Positions 36,162-47,315 of a stretch of DNA of 64,000 nucleotides are shown here, in pieces (positions within the stretch are counted from its first letter, which is position 1; each line of letters opens with the position of its first letter). Made by a program: the position numbers and the translations under genes. Below the pieces are notes generated by a model. That model saw only the letters and a program-made list of their open reading frames with translations. It had not been told where the DNA came from and searched no databases. This DNA comes from Alloascoidea hylecoeti (taxonomy: Eukaryota), in NCBI GenBank assembly GCA_001600815.1, contig BCKZ01000017.1:473970-537969 (forward strand). The letters run 5' to 3'.

Positions 36162-37460
36162 ATGGCAACAGCTATCTCTACTGGTGTCGCTTCTGGTACA
36201 CAAACCTTCCCAAATTCCAACCTCGATGGTGAAAAAAGCACTGGTGCTTTGAGATCGGGTCAGTCTCCTGCTGCTGGTACTGTTCATCTTGATACTTATG
36301 GTAATGAATTCGTTGTTCCTGATTTCACAATTAAAGACATTCTTTCTGCAATTCCTGCAAAATGTTATAAACGTTCCGCAATAAGGTCTTTAGGCTACGT
36401 TGCAAGAGACCTTTTTTGTATTACTGGACTTGGCCTTTTAGCCATCTATAACATTCCAAAGGTCCCATTTGTTTCTGTTCGTATTGCCCTTTGGACTATT
36501 TATACTATCATTCAAGGTTTACAAGGTACAGGTATTTGGATTCTTGCCCATGAGTGTGGTCATAGTGCTTTTTCTGATTATCCAATATTGAACGATACAG
36601 TTGGTTGGATATTACATTCATCATTACTTGTTCCTTATTTTTCCTGGAAGTATAGTCATAGTAGACATCATAAGTCAACTGGTCATATGACAAGAGATAT
36701 GGCTTTTGTCCCTAAAACAAGAGAAGAGTTTTTAAAATCTCGTCATGCAAGTAAAATTGAAGAAATTACTGCTGAGACTCCAATAGTCACTTTATTTTGG
36801 TTATTGGCTCAACAATTAGTCGGTTGGATATTGTATTTATTTACCGACGTTACAAGTGGTAAAAAATATCCTAATGTTCCCAAATGGAAGATTAATCATT
36901 TTGTTCCATCGTCACCACTTTATTTTGAAGGAGAATATTGGAATATTGTTTTATCAGATATTGGTGTGTTAATTACAGGATTTATAGTTTATAAAGGTTT
37001 TGGAGCTTTTGGAACTGCTAATATGATGATTCATTATGTTTTACCATGGTTTGGAGTTCATCATTGGTTAATGTTTATCACCTATTTACAACATACTGAT
37101 CCAACAATGTCACACTATGAATCAGAAGTTTGGAATTTTGCTATTGGAGCAGCTGCAACAATCGATAGAGATTTTGGATTCATTGGTAAACACATGTTCC
37201 ATGATATCATTGAAACCCATGTTTTACATCATTACGTATCACGTATACCTTTTTATAATGGTCGTGAAGGAACAAAAGAAATTAAAAAAGTAATGGGTAA
37301 ACATTATAAATATAGTGGTGAAAATATGCTTGTTAGTTTATATAAAACTGCAAGAAGTTGTCAATTCGTTGAACCTGATGGAAGTGGTAATGGTGGTAAT
37401 CATGTTTTGATGTTTAGAAACACTAATAATATCGGTGTTAAACCATTGCCAAGTAAATAA
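36162..37460 (+). CDS. FAD2: Delta-12 (omega-6) fatty acid desaturase
   Basis: His boxes HECGH, HSRHH, HVLHH; PDFTIKDILSAIP; ITYLQHTDP; AAATIDR. Confidence 0.93.
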   Translation: MATAISTGVASGTQTFPNSNLDGEKSTGALRSGQSPAAGTVHLDTYGNEFVVPDFTIKDILSAIPAKCYKRSAIRSLGYVARDLFCITGLGLLAIYNIPKVPFVSVRIALWTIYTIIQGLQGTGIWILAHECGHSAFSDYPILNDTVGWILHSSLLVPYFSWKYSHSRHHKSTGHMTRDMAFVPKTREEFLKSRHASKIEEITAETPIVTLFWLLAQQLVGWILYLFTDVTSGKKYPNVPKWKINHFVPSSPLYFEGEYWNIVLSDIGVLITGFIVYKGFGAFGTANMMIHYVLPWFGVHHWLMFITYLQHTDPTMSHYESEVWNFAIGAAATIDRDFGFIGKHMFHDIIETHVLHHYVSRIPFYNGREGTKEIKKVMGKHYKYSGENMLVSLYKTARSCQFVEPDGSGNGGNHVLMFRNTNNIGVKPLPSK

Positions 37461-38578
37461 TCAGTCAATCATATTCTTTGGTTCATGGTTGGGAAGTACA
37501 TGTGCCGCTGTGGCTGAGAATCTGTTGGGAATCCAAATTTTAAAGAAGTTCAAATATTAAATATTAAATTTTCAATAATTACAATATGATAATCTTCTGG
37601 ACATGGTTGCAGGTGTAATTTTATATGTAACTCACTATGTGCATATGCATATAACTTATAGTACAGCTTTTCCACTCTGATTTTTCGCCCCATGCTTGAC
37701 CCTTTTTCGTCACTTATGTATGTTTAATTTCGACCTTTTGAAATTTAATTATTAGTTTCTCAGGTGATCATTTTTTCGTTCTATGGAGTTATTATACTTT
37801 GCCATATTCTTGACACATCTCGTCACAATATTCGACATTACGTAGAGCTATTAGTTCGCCATTTTGATTTTTAATATTTCGTCATTTCGAAAACGATTAG
37901 TTTGCCATTTTATGTCATGCAACACACAGAAGCGCTTGAATGAACGATTTTGAGAAGTTAGTTTTTAAATTGTAAAATGTTGCTATTTAAATTTAAGACT
38001 ACGTAATCGATGGTGAAAATTTTGACTTATTATAAATGGGTGGTTTATATTTCAGTAGAGTTTTCTTATGACTCACAAAATACTTATGTTATACGGTAGT
38101 ATTGGTATTTAAGTATCATGGCATGGGCTAAAAGTATAAAGGGTAGTCGTACCCCATTGTATAGAGTGGTTGGGGATCCTAGTACGTACCCCAAAACTAA
38201 CCGAGGGGTACTCGCTTATGATGTTAAGGTTGACAACACTAGATACTAGATTTGAAAAGTCATTTTATATAGTCATAGAATCGCTGGTATCTACGGAACA
38301 CTATGCACTATTTTTGGAATGGTTTGGGATTTTGTGGAGTATTTGTGGTTGGGCATAAAATCTTTCTTTTATTGTTGGAGGAGTCTAAAAATAAAATCCC
38401 ACGCTCCAGGAGTAAATTTCATACACCTTTTCGTGTTAGAATTATTTTGTTCACAATCCTATTTAAATGATGTCCCTTTCTCGAACCTCTGTTGCGATTG
38501 GAAAAAGTTATACTAGTGCGTATACTATTATTGATAACCACGAATACGTAAACAACAAACCATTTTACTGATTGTAAC

Positions 38579-39157
38579 ATGTCCTTCAACTAAACAAAAG
38601 TCTTGAGTCAATTAATATTGTTTCCGATCTACCTGTTGAAATATCTGGAATAATATTCTCAGATTTACCACCAACAACTTTACTCAGTTGTAGAAGAGTT
38701 TCTAAATCATGGAAAAATAGAATTGATAATGATGATATATGGAAATCAAAGTTTCAAGATCAAAAATCTTGGAAATACTATAATGATGATTCAGAACCTG
38801 ATTCATGGTATAAAACACGATATCATTTAGAATTAAATTGGAAAAATGATACATTTAAAAGTTATAATATTGGTGCTTCTGGCAGAACACACTGTGTTAG
38901 GTTTTTTAAAAATTGGATTTTAATTGGTTCAAAATATAGTCAATAAAAATCTTAGATAATGAAATTTATCAATGTTTAAAAGTATTAGGTGAGCCAAGTC
39001 CTGAGATTTCAAAAGAAGATTTATCAAGAAGGGAAATATTGGAATTAACAAAAAAATATTAATAACAAATTTCATTTGAGTTGTGTTACATGTATTGATA
39101 TTAATGATAAATATTTGGTTTCTGGTTCATATGATGGTTCTTGTATAATTTGGAAAT
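38579..39157 (+). pseudogene. F-box/WD40 family copy 2 (5' half, frameshifted, truncated at retroelement debris)
   Basis: 125/126 nt identical to the intact copy across the F-box (38668-38793 vs 41591-41716); ends at SGSYDGSCIIWK. Confidence 0.92.
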
Positions 39158-41170
39158 AGATCTCAACATATATACCGTAAGAGTTCGCAAACGGCACGAA
39201 TTACCATGCCCGCACGCCCAAAAGTATTACATTTCGATCACGAATTTCAAAACCAACAACCAATATAAATGATTAAAAATAGTAGTACTAAAATATTCTT
39301 AATCTAATAATTCAGATAATATATTTTTGATATTTTCTTGTGAATCTTGTTGCGGTTTGAGCATTCTTCTACGATTTAACACGTTGAACTCATTAGCTCC
39401 AATCTTCCGAAACACATTGTTCTTTGCTGTCTCCAGATAATTGTGTGTAATTAATACCTTTACCTCTCAGATGTCTAAGTTTCACTATGTATAATTTTCA
39501 AGGGATCTTCAAACACTGTGGTGGAAATATGAACTAATATATTTTCCTGCATTCCCTTGAAGTGATCTGTCCAAGTGTAGATATCTCAAAAACACCTTAA
39601 TCGATTAAGTTACCTCATGGAGCATACATCCTGTTTCATTTGTATTCCAATTGATCCAGTGAGCTCGCACGATTATATTACAACTCAGGATGTCGATTTG
39701 CAAAGGCATAGAACCATTTTTTATATTTACAATATCACTTAAAATTATCAAATATTATCAGGATCCTCCATTTAAGACTGAGAACTCGATTTGTTGATCA
39801 TGAATCTGTTAACGAATTTTGCATATTAAATTTGAAGGTGTAGAACCAGTTGTTGATTAAAGTTGAGCTTTTTCTGACACCACTTTGAAAAATACTCTTC
39901 CTTTTAGATACATGTAAGGCCTTATAGTATTTTTATACCATAGAATGATCTTTAGAATTTTGCGAAGCATGATCTTACGTTTTGTAATTCTAGTATGCGA
40001 CCTGAGTAAACATGCATATGCATATGACTTCTCAAATGCTGAAATAGGAAGAATGTTTAATATTAATCCATATTTCTTCCGGCATTTGATAATTGAAGGG
40101 TGGCATTAGATTTCCATTCTTCTTTTTTATTCCCATAAAATAAAATTATTGGCTGGGAGTTGTTCAAAATTGTTTTGAAATCTTTATAATTAAATATTTG
40201 CTCCAATAATACTGGCAGTGTCAAGATTTTAAATTGTCTATTGAGATAATTGGCATTTAATTGTGTTTTATCAGTTTGTAATGAAATGTCTGGTCTGTTA
40301 AATGTTACAATTTTGAATTTTACGTTGTTAGGTATATCCTGAAGATCTGTTTCCCCCATGGATACTAAGATTTTCCTAACTGTATAATGCTAAACCTAAA
40401 CAATCAGCAAATATCGTCAATAAAGAATATAAGCCAAGCTTTAAATTGATTTTTGATTCAGGCGCTTCGAATATAATTCTTAACCAGCGTGAGCATTTTA
40501 TTCAATTTGAGGATTTATCAAATAATATTATTAAGGACACAGTTACTATTGCTGATGGAAGTGAAAAAGAAATAGAAGGAAAAAGGAATGATTGAATTAA
40601 AGCTTGGAGATGATGTTTATAATTTACCAGCTTTATTTGTGCCTTCTATTCCATATAATTTTTTTAGTACAGCTACAATAAAAGATAAAGTCTTTTAAAT
40701 TGGACAAGGCATGATAACCATGCTTTCTCAAGAATCATTTGATGGTATCCAATAGCTACAGAGTTTAACAACGCTTATACTTTGAAGAATACTCTACGAA
40801 TGATCACACCAAGTAATCAACTATTGCAGTCCATTCTAATGAGCCACATGTACCCGCCAATAATATGGATACTACAGATTTAGCTCATGATTCTATCACC
40901 CACGATGATGCCATCACTCAAGTTAATTCTACAACTACTTCTTTTGGTCATAATACAAACATCCCAGTTCATGATATTGATAATCATCATAAATTGCAAC
41001 CATCTCTAGTTAACCACATTGACGACTTACATCCCACAACTTTAGATATTAATGATTCTACAACACATACAAATAGGATGGAAATTTCAGATTCGAATAC
41101 ATTATATAATTATAGATTTTTTAATTGTGATAGTGCAGATTATAATAGACAACCTCACTACTGTTGATGA
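39158..41170. mobile_element. Degraded Ty1/copia retrotransposon remnant
   Basis: + strand protease KLIFDSGASNII...VTIADGSEKEIEGK / LPALFVPSIPYNFFS (about 40440-40680); integrase-like LISSNLPKH near 39390; low-complexity linker-like ORF 40865-41167; boundaries approximate. Confidence 0.75.
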
Positions 41171-41196
41171 TATTTTTGTTGTAACAATGATTTGAA

Positions 41197-41333
41197 TTTC
41201 GCAGTACTGGAACTCAATAATAAGTTGTAGGGGTGACTGGCATATTCGTTATGTGGCTTCCACTTATTTCGCCATGCACATACTCACATGCGGTCACCCC
41301 AGCAACTAATTATTGGGATCCAATATGCCGAAA
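41197..41333. repeat. Imperfect 46-bp inverted repeat (MITE-like) upstream of the intact F-box gene
   Basis: 41197-41243 TTTCGCAGTACTGGAACTCAATAATAAGTTGTAGGGGTGACTGGCAT vs revcomp of 41288-41333. Confidence 0.7.
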
Positions 41334-41500
41334 ATACACTTATGCATACAAACGATAAGAAATATTCCATCCAATATTACTAATTCGGATCATTTTCTTC
41401 ATACACTTATTTAAATGACCCTCCTCGAACTGTTGTTCCTATAGGAGAAGCAGGTATAAATAACAACCACGAACACACCAATCTTTTTAACAGTCTCAGC

Positions 41501-42757
41501 ATGTCGTTACACAAAGATCTGGAGACTACTACTATCAATTTGGTTTCTTATCTCCCCAATGAAATATCTGAAATAATATTCTCGGATTTGCCACCAACAA
41601 CTTTACTCAGTTGTAGAAGAGTTTCTAAATCATGGAAAAATAGAATTGATAATGATGATATATGGAAATCAAAGTTTCAAGATCAAAAATCTTGGAAATA
41701 TTATAATGATGATTCAAAAATCGATTCATGGTACGAATTATACAAAGAACGTCATCTTTTAGAATTAAATTGGAAAAATGATAAATTTAAAAAGAATAAG
41801 TTGATTGGTCACGATAACGATATATTTTGTGTTAAATTTTATAAGGATTGGATTTTAACTGGTTCAAAAGATTGTGCCATAAGAATTTGGGATAATGAAA
41901 CTTATAAATATTTAAAGGTATTGGGTAAGCCAAATCCTGGTATTTTAAAAGAAAAATTTCCAAGAAGGGAGGCATTGGAATTAACAAAAGATATTGACAT
42001 CAAATTTCATTTGGATAGTGTTACATGTATCGATATTAACGATAGATATTTGGTTTCTGGATCATCTGATGGTTCTTGTATAGTTTGGAAGTTACCAGAT
42101 TTTAAACCAATACATCGTTTGACAATACCAACACAAGTAATTAATTATCTAATTATAAACGGCGTCGCTTTATACAATGATTATATTGTATGTTCTGAAG
42201 TTAGGTATATTAGTATTTGGAAATCAAGTCTTGATAATTTTGAACATCAACCACAGTTTAATTTACAACACAATTTAAAGGTACCAGGTTTTGTTAGGAG
42301 TATTTGCGTTCATAACGGTATTATATATAGTTTAGAATCTAGCGTTGTAAGAAGTAGTAATATTGAAACTGGTCAAATAATCCAAGAATTTCGATATCAA
42401 TATATAAGATCCTTTACAATAAATAATCACTACTTGTTCATCGGTGAGCACGACAAACTAACAGTTCGGAATTTACAAACAGATGAAATAACAAAGATCT
42501 CAGATCAATTAACACCTGATTTATGTATAATTAATGATAAACTCGTTACAATTGATATCGATTATACTATTAGGATTTGGAACATTGGTGATCAAAAATT
42601 TATAAAAGAATATAAAAATCTAAAATATAAAAGATCTCTATTTTCTTTTCTAAAAATTTGTGCTGATACGAAAAGAATAGTAGTAGTTACTTTGGAAGAT
42701 ATTGCTATTTATGATTTTACTGAAAAATTAAGAAAAAAATACTTAAAACATTTATAA
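41501..42757 (+). CDS. F-box/WD40 protein (beta-TrCP/Cdc4-like architecture), intact family copy 3
   Basis: F-box LPNEISEIIFSDLPPTTLLSCRRVSKSWK; WD repeats GHDNDIFCVKF..LTGSKDCAIRIWD and HLDSVTCIDINDRYLVSGSSDGSCIVWK; intronless, 418 aa. Confidence 0.92.
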   Translation: MSLHKDLETTTINLVSYLPNEISEIIFSDLPPTTLLSCRRVSKSWKNRIDNDDIWKSKFQDQKSWKYYNDDSKIDSWYELYKERHLLELNWKNDKFKKNKLIGHDNDIFCVKFYKDWILTGSKDCAIRIWDNETYKYLKVLGKPNPGILKEKFPRREALELTKDIDIKFHLDSVTCIDINDRYLVSGSSDGSCIVWKLPDFKPIHRLTIPTQVINYLIINGVALYNDYIVCSEVRYISIWKSSLDNFEHQPQFNLQHNLKVPGFVRSICVHNGIIYSLESSVVRSSNIETGQIIQEFRYQYIRSFTINNHYLFIGEHDKLTVRNLQTDEITKISDQLTPDLCIINDKLVTIDIDYTIRIWNIGDQKFIKEYKNLKYKRSLFSFLKICADTKRIVVVTLEDIAIYDFTEKLRKKYLKHL

Positions 42758-43589
42758 TAATTTAATCTTATATCCATATTTGAAAATAAATCTCAATCAA
42801 GAACTATCCGAAGTAGAATTCAGACTTCTAAGAGGACAGGAACTAAATTCATATAATCATCTGGAGATAACGTATTGCGGAATAGTAGAGATAGCCTTCT
42901 TATTATCGTCGCTCATTTCTTCTTTATTGAAATTATACTTAATAATTAATTATTACAACGTAATAATTTATTCTTGTATATTGTTCTAAACTAGCAATAT
43001 GTATGTGAAATCTCGGGGGAAGAGTGAACAAATGAAAATGATATCATAACTATAAATCCCTAACCCCTTTTTTTTTTCATATTTCTAATATAATATAGCA
43101 AAGGGAGATTTTTTGTTTTACAAAATTAAATATCGAAGCATATATTACGAGAATTGTAAGATTAACCCCAGTTTATCATACTTGCTGCTAGATTTGCAAT
43201 TTGTCGTTGCCTAAAATACAAGAAATTGGTATAAATAGGCATGACACTAAAGCTCCAACAACAACAACCATAAGAACAAAATTCATCCTTATTTTTATAT
43301 GTATACGGACATGAGTCCCAAAACATCTGCTCAGGGTAGGATATACATGGGCTTACAGTCAAGATTAAGCGTGAACGTTTTTTTCGAGTCACTCCAAATA
43401 GCAAAGGAAATAACCTACTACTGAATACTCCACGTTACCTTAAAATGTTTTTAAGATTGTGCTTACCGTTTCATAAGCTCTATGGATTCCATTAGTTTAT
43501 ATGAAATGGCATCTTAAGTTTATTTTGTGTTAGAGCTCTTAACGTCATAAAGGGTTCCTACGAGGGCTTTGGCGTGGTTCCCTCAAAAT

Positions 43590-44300
43590 AGTGAAATATA
43601 AGTTTAATATTAATTTAGATTTGGTTTTAAATCTTTCTACACAGAATCTTCCTATTCAATTAGAGAGGTTAGAAATATTACAGGAACCAAAGGTGAAAGT
43701 GTTGTTAACAATCTCAAGTATTGGTGTTCCTATGACAATCTTAACGTTTTGATGATTAAATCTTTTGAGAAAGTCACAGAGAGAATCAATATTCTTTTAC
43801 CACAAAAATGTGGTCTTTTGAAGAGCAACATCTGATATTATCGTCTCTACATAATCAGTTCATTCTCATAAAGAGGAAGAAGATCATCAATCTCATCGGT
43901 CGAAGCAATTGGTAACAAATATTTGTATCATGGAATGAAATCAATTTCAAAACTATCCAATAAAGTCGAGAGAAGTGTACTTCGCGGTTTCAGCCCGTAA
44001 AGTTTAGATGCTGTGTCATACATTGAGTACCGATCATCGGGTTGAAAACAAACAGATTGAAAATTTGAAACAGAATTTCCCTTTATTAATTTTTCAAAAA
44101 TATCACCAAACGTTATTGGTCCAGTTAAATTTTGTGTGCCTAAACACATTAATATTTGTATCATTTTTTCTAAATTTTGTCTTTTCTAGGGTTTCCGAAA
44201 AATTTGGTACTATTTTATGATAATCTGAGTCTTCACCATAAGGATTTGGTGGTGATATCGAGAAATAAGAATTTGAAGCATTTTTCGATTGTTCAATCAT
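43590..44300 (-). pseudogene. Orphan 'PPNPYG' family, copy B (frameshifted)
   Basis: MIEQSKNASNSYFSISPPNPYGEDSDY / CLGTQNLTGPITFGDIFEKLIKGNS...LLDSFEIDFIP*...STDEIDDLL; homologous to 20.2-21.1 kb; 3' boundary approximate. Confidence 0.75.
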
Positions 44301-45396
44301 AATATTAATATTTCTATTTGTTAAATGAATTCCAAACCTCGTAATGATCTTATCATTAATGTATCAATGTGACAAATAAAGCTATTTAAGCTTTAATGAA
44401 TGACATATGTCATAGTACACAAAATTGACAGGTAAGATTAAGAGCAGTTCTTGAAGTACTTCTGTCACAAGTAACGAGAAGTTAACTTGGCCAGTGGCAT
44501 AGAATAAACTTTGAATGATATAAATCTTTAGGACTTTACTGAAACATAAAGGAAGATATGTTTAAAACATTTATGATTTAATCTTATATTGAAATTTGAA
44601 ATTAAATATTAAGTTAAATAACACCCCTCTATAACTACATGTACACAGAAGTAACAGAAGTAAAGAATAGTATTATATTAATATTAATATTAATATTAAT
44701 CTGTAGCTAGTATATCGAAAGATACAATTTCCAAATACAAAGTATAACTATGTATTCAATTATAATTAACAATTGTTTATATTTAACTTATACTATAAAG
44801 TGGCAATGTCATCTTATATAAAATTAAATTATATGCTGATTTAAGAAAAGTCGGGGGAATAAAAAATATCAGTAAATCAGTAGTAGTAATACATAAATGC
44901 AAAGGAATGGACATCATCAGTAAGTGAAATTTTAAACAACAAAAAAATTTAGGTTCAAGAAATTAAATATCATACTCGCTGAGTGTATCCACAACTCTGC
45001 ATATGGCTCCTCGCCCTTACTGACCTTTTCTACTTCACTCACGCTGTAGATAGTTTCTTACGAAGATACAGTCATTTCACTTAATTTCGACTATGTGGTG
45101 GAGTAAATATCAACAAGCCACCTGATACACTTGATATTAGACCATACGATATACTGAAGTTCGGCACTCTGATTAATAGATATCGACCTTTTTATGTAGT
45201 AAGTATTCGCGCACGAAATATACATTCAATTGTAAACTAATTAATTGGGCATGTGATAGACCAATTGACTTGAAAGTTCAAGATTTAACATATAAAACAC
45301 AAACTCACAATAATGTCTCTATAGTCGAAAACTCAATAATCAGTAACTCAATAATCAGTAACTCAACTATATTCCTTTATCATTTATATCCATAAC

Positions 45397-46130
45397 ATGA
45401 GAAGTTCAATTATTATGTTTTTAAAAAAGCTATTCATACGCTTGATTTTTCATATAAATTCTCGGTTTTTATATTATGTCAAGGAAAAGCTAGACAAGGT
45501 TCAATGGTGTTCAGTTTTATCAATTGATGGTTCAGAAATTGGATATTTTAGAACTCCAAATGATTTAAGTTCATCATTTGATATGTCTTTTGTAATATCA
45601 AATCATCATATATTTTGTGTTACTCCTCAGATAATTTGTAATCAAAATAAATATGAAGAATTATTACGTATGAGGAATAATATTAAATGTTTCAAGTATG
45701 AAGAAGAAGTTGAAAATTATGATTATCATGAAAAACGTTTCCCATTTTGGAAAAAGGCTTATCAAACAGATTCTCCATCATACTCAGAAAGAGATAAAAT
45801 TGACAATTGTTTATATAAATTATTATGTGATAATTGTGATGATTTAACAAGTGGATCATTACTTTAATACCCGGTAAATCAGCAGATATCATACATTTAA
45901 TCGGAGATGGTAATGATTATATTGGTCTCTCCTCGAATGATCGATACATTATGTTTCATTATTCTAATAATTTTACAATAATTATGGATGGAGACTCCCA
46001 AGAATGTAGTATTTGCGAATTAGATAAATTAGTTTCCTCAAAACCCCTAAATAAAACAATTAAGAAAGACTTAATATTTGTTCCAATTCCCCAATACATT
46101 CATCTAAACAATTTTCGAATATACATGTAG
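45397..46130 (+). pseudogene. Orphan gene, frameshifted near 45860
   Basis: 156-aa ORF continues in another frame (LIPGKSADIIHLIGDGNDYIGLSSNDRYIMFHYSNN...IHLNNFRIYM*). Confidence 0.5.
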
Positions 46131-46421
46131 CACCAACTTGTGACACATTACCAAAATTTCCTAGCGCACGCTAAATAAGGTTTTTTATATTTACTAATTA
46201 ATTACCATATCAAAATATAGGTATACAAGTTGAAATCCACTGTTTCAAAATCATTTGGTACATCAGGGACAGTATTAAATCCCCAATTTAAGATTCCATA
46301 TAATGTTACAACTAATGTTAATGGACTAATTTTATGATCTAATTAAACTTATAAGGTACAATAATATTAATATAATATTACAAAAAGTAAATCAACAACT
46401 CAAAATAATAAATCTAAAAAA

Positions 46422-47100
46422 ATGGCCATTTTATCCCTTTTGTTTTATATCAAATATTGGAATTGCACATTTTTTACCATTATAAGCTACAATTTATAAT
46501 AGGTTTTTTGAAGGTCACTTTTACTATTAAATACTCCATTAACAATTGAACATTGTCCAAAATTAGAATTAGAATTAAAAGATTTATTAATTATTGAAAA
46601 ATTATACATATTCAAATTTAAATGATTGGAAAGTTTGTAGGGGATGGGACCTTATTGAACAATTTAATTTATGGTTTTTTAACTGGGTCTTTATCACAAA
46701 CTGATGGGATTGAAATTAAACCAATAATTTTTACAAATATTAAAACTGAAGAAGAAATTATGATTGTTCATTTAGGAGGAGAATTGGTTGGCTTTCCATT
46801 TCTGGCTCATGCAGGTATTTACAACTACATGAAACTTTAATCCATAGTTCGTTATTAGATAATGATAATGACACCTACCTACCTTGAAAAAACAAATATG
46901 AAAGAATTAAAACCAAAAGCTTTGGGATTATCCTCAAGCTATCAGTTTCCCATTCGCACAACCCGGTCTGATGTTGTTGGAAGGAGAGTAAAATCTGTTG
47001 ATGTACAAGACGTTATTGTCACAGGGGACGTCGAGATCGTCCATGGTAGGAAGATTGTAATTTGAATAGGGAGGTTTGCCAAAAAGAGACAGCCTATTTT
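46422..47100 (+). pseudogene. Fmp10-like hotdog-fold thioesterase pseudogene
   Basis: IMIVHLGGELVGFPFLAHAGI, then LSSSYQFP...VIVTGDVEIVHGRKIVI in a different frame. Confidence 0.55.
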
Positions 47101-47219
47101 TTTTACCCCATTTATCCGGCCTATTTTCTGAAGCTGATAAGAATACAAAAATTTAAATAAACTCAAATTTCGATGTCGAAATCACGGCTGTAAGCGGTTG
47201 TTACAAGTTTATAATTATA

Positions 47220-47226
47220 TGAGTCA
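47220..47226. promoter_or_regulatory. Perfect Gcn4/AP-1 site TGAGTCA
   Basis: ATGAGTCA about 90 bp upstream of the aminotransferase ATG. Confidence 0.65.
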
Positions 47227-47315
47227 GTTTCGAAAAACCATCATTTTTAGTTGGTATAAATTTCACCTATAATCCTCTGGATCTCTATTTTTTTTTTCCA
47301 TTCTTTAGATCAATT

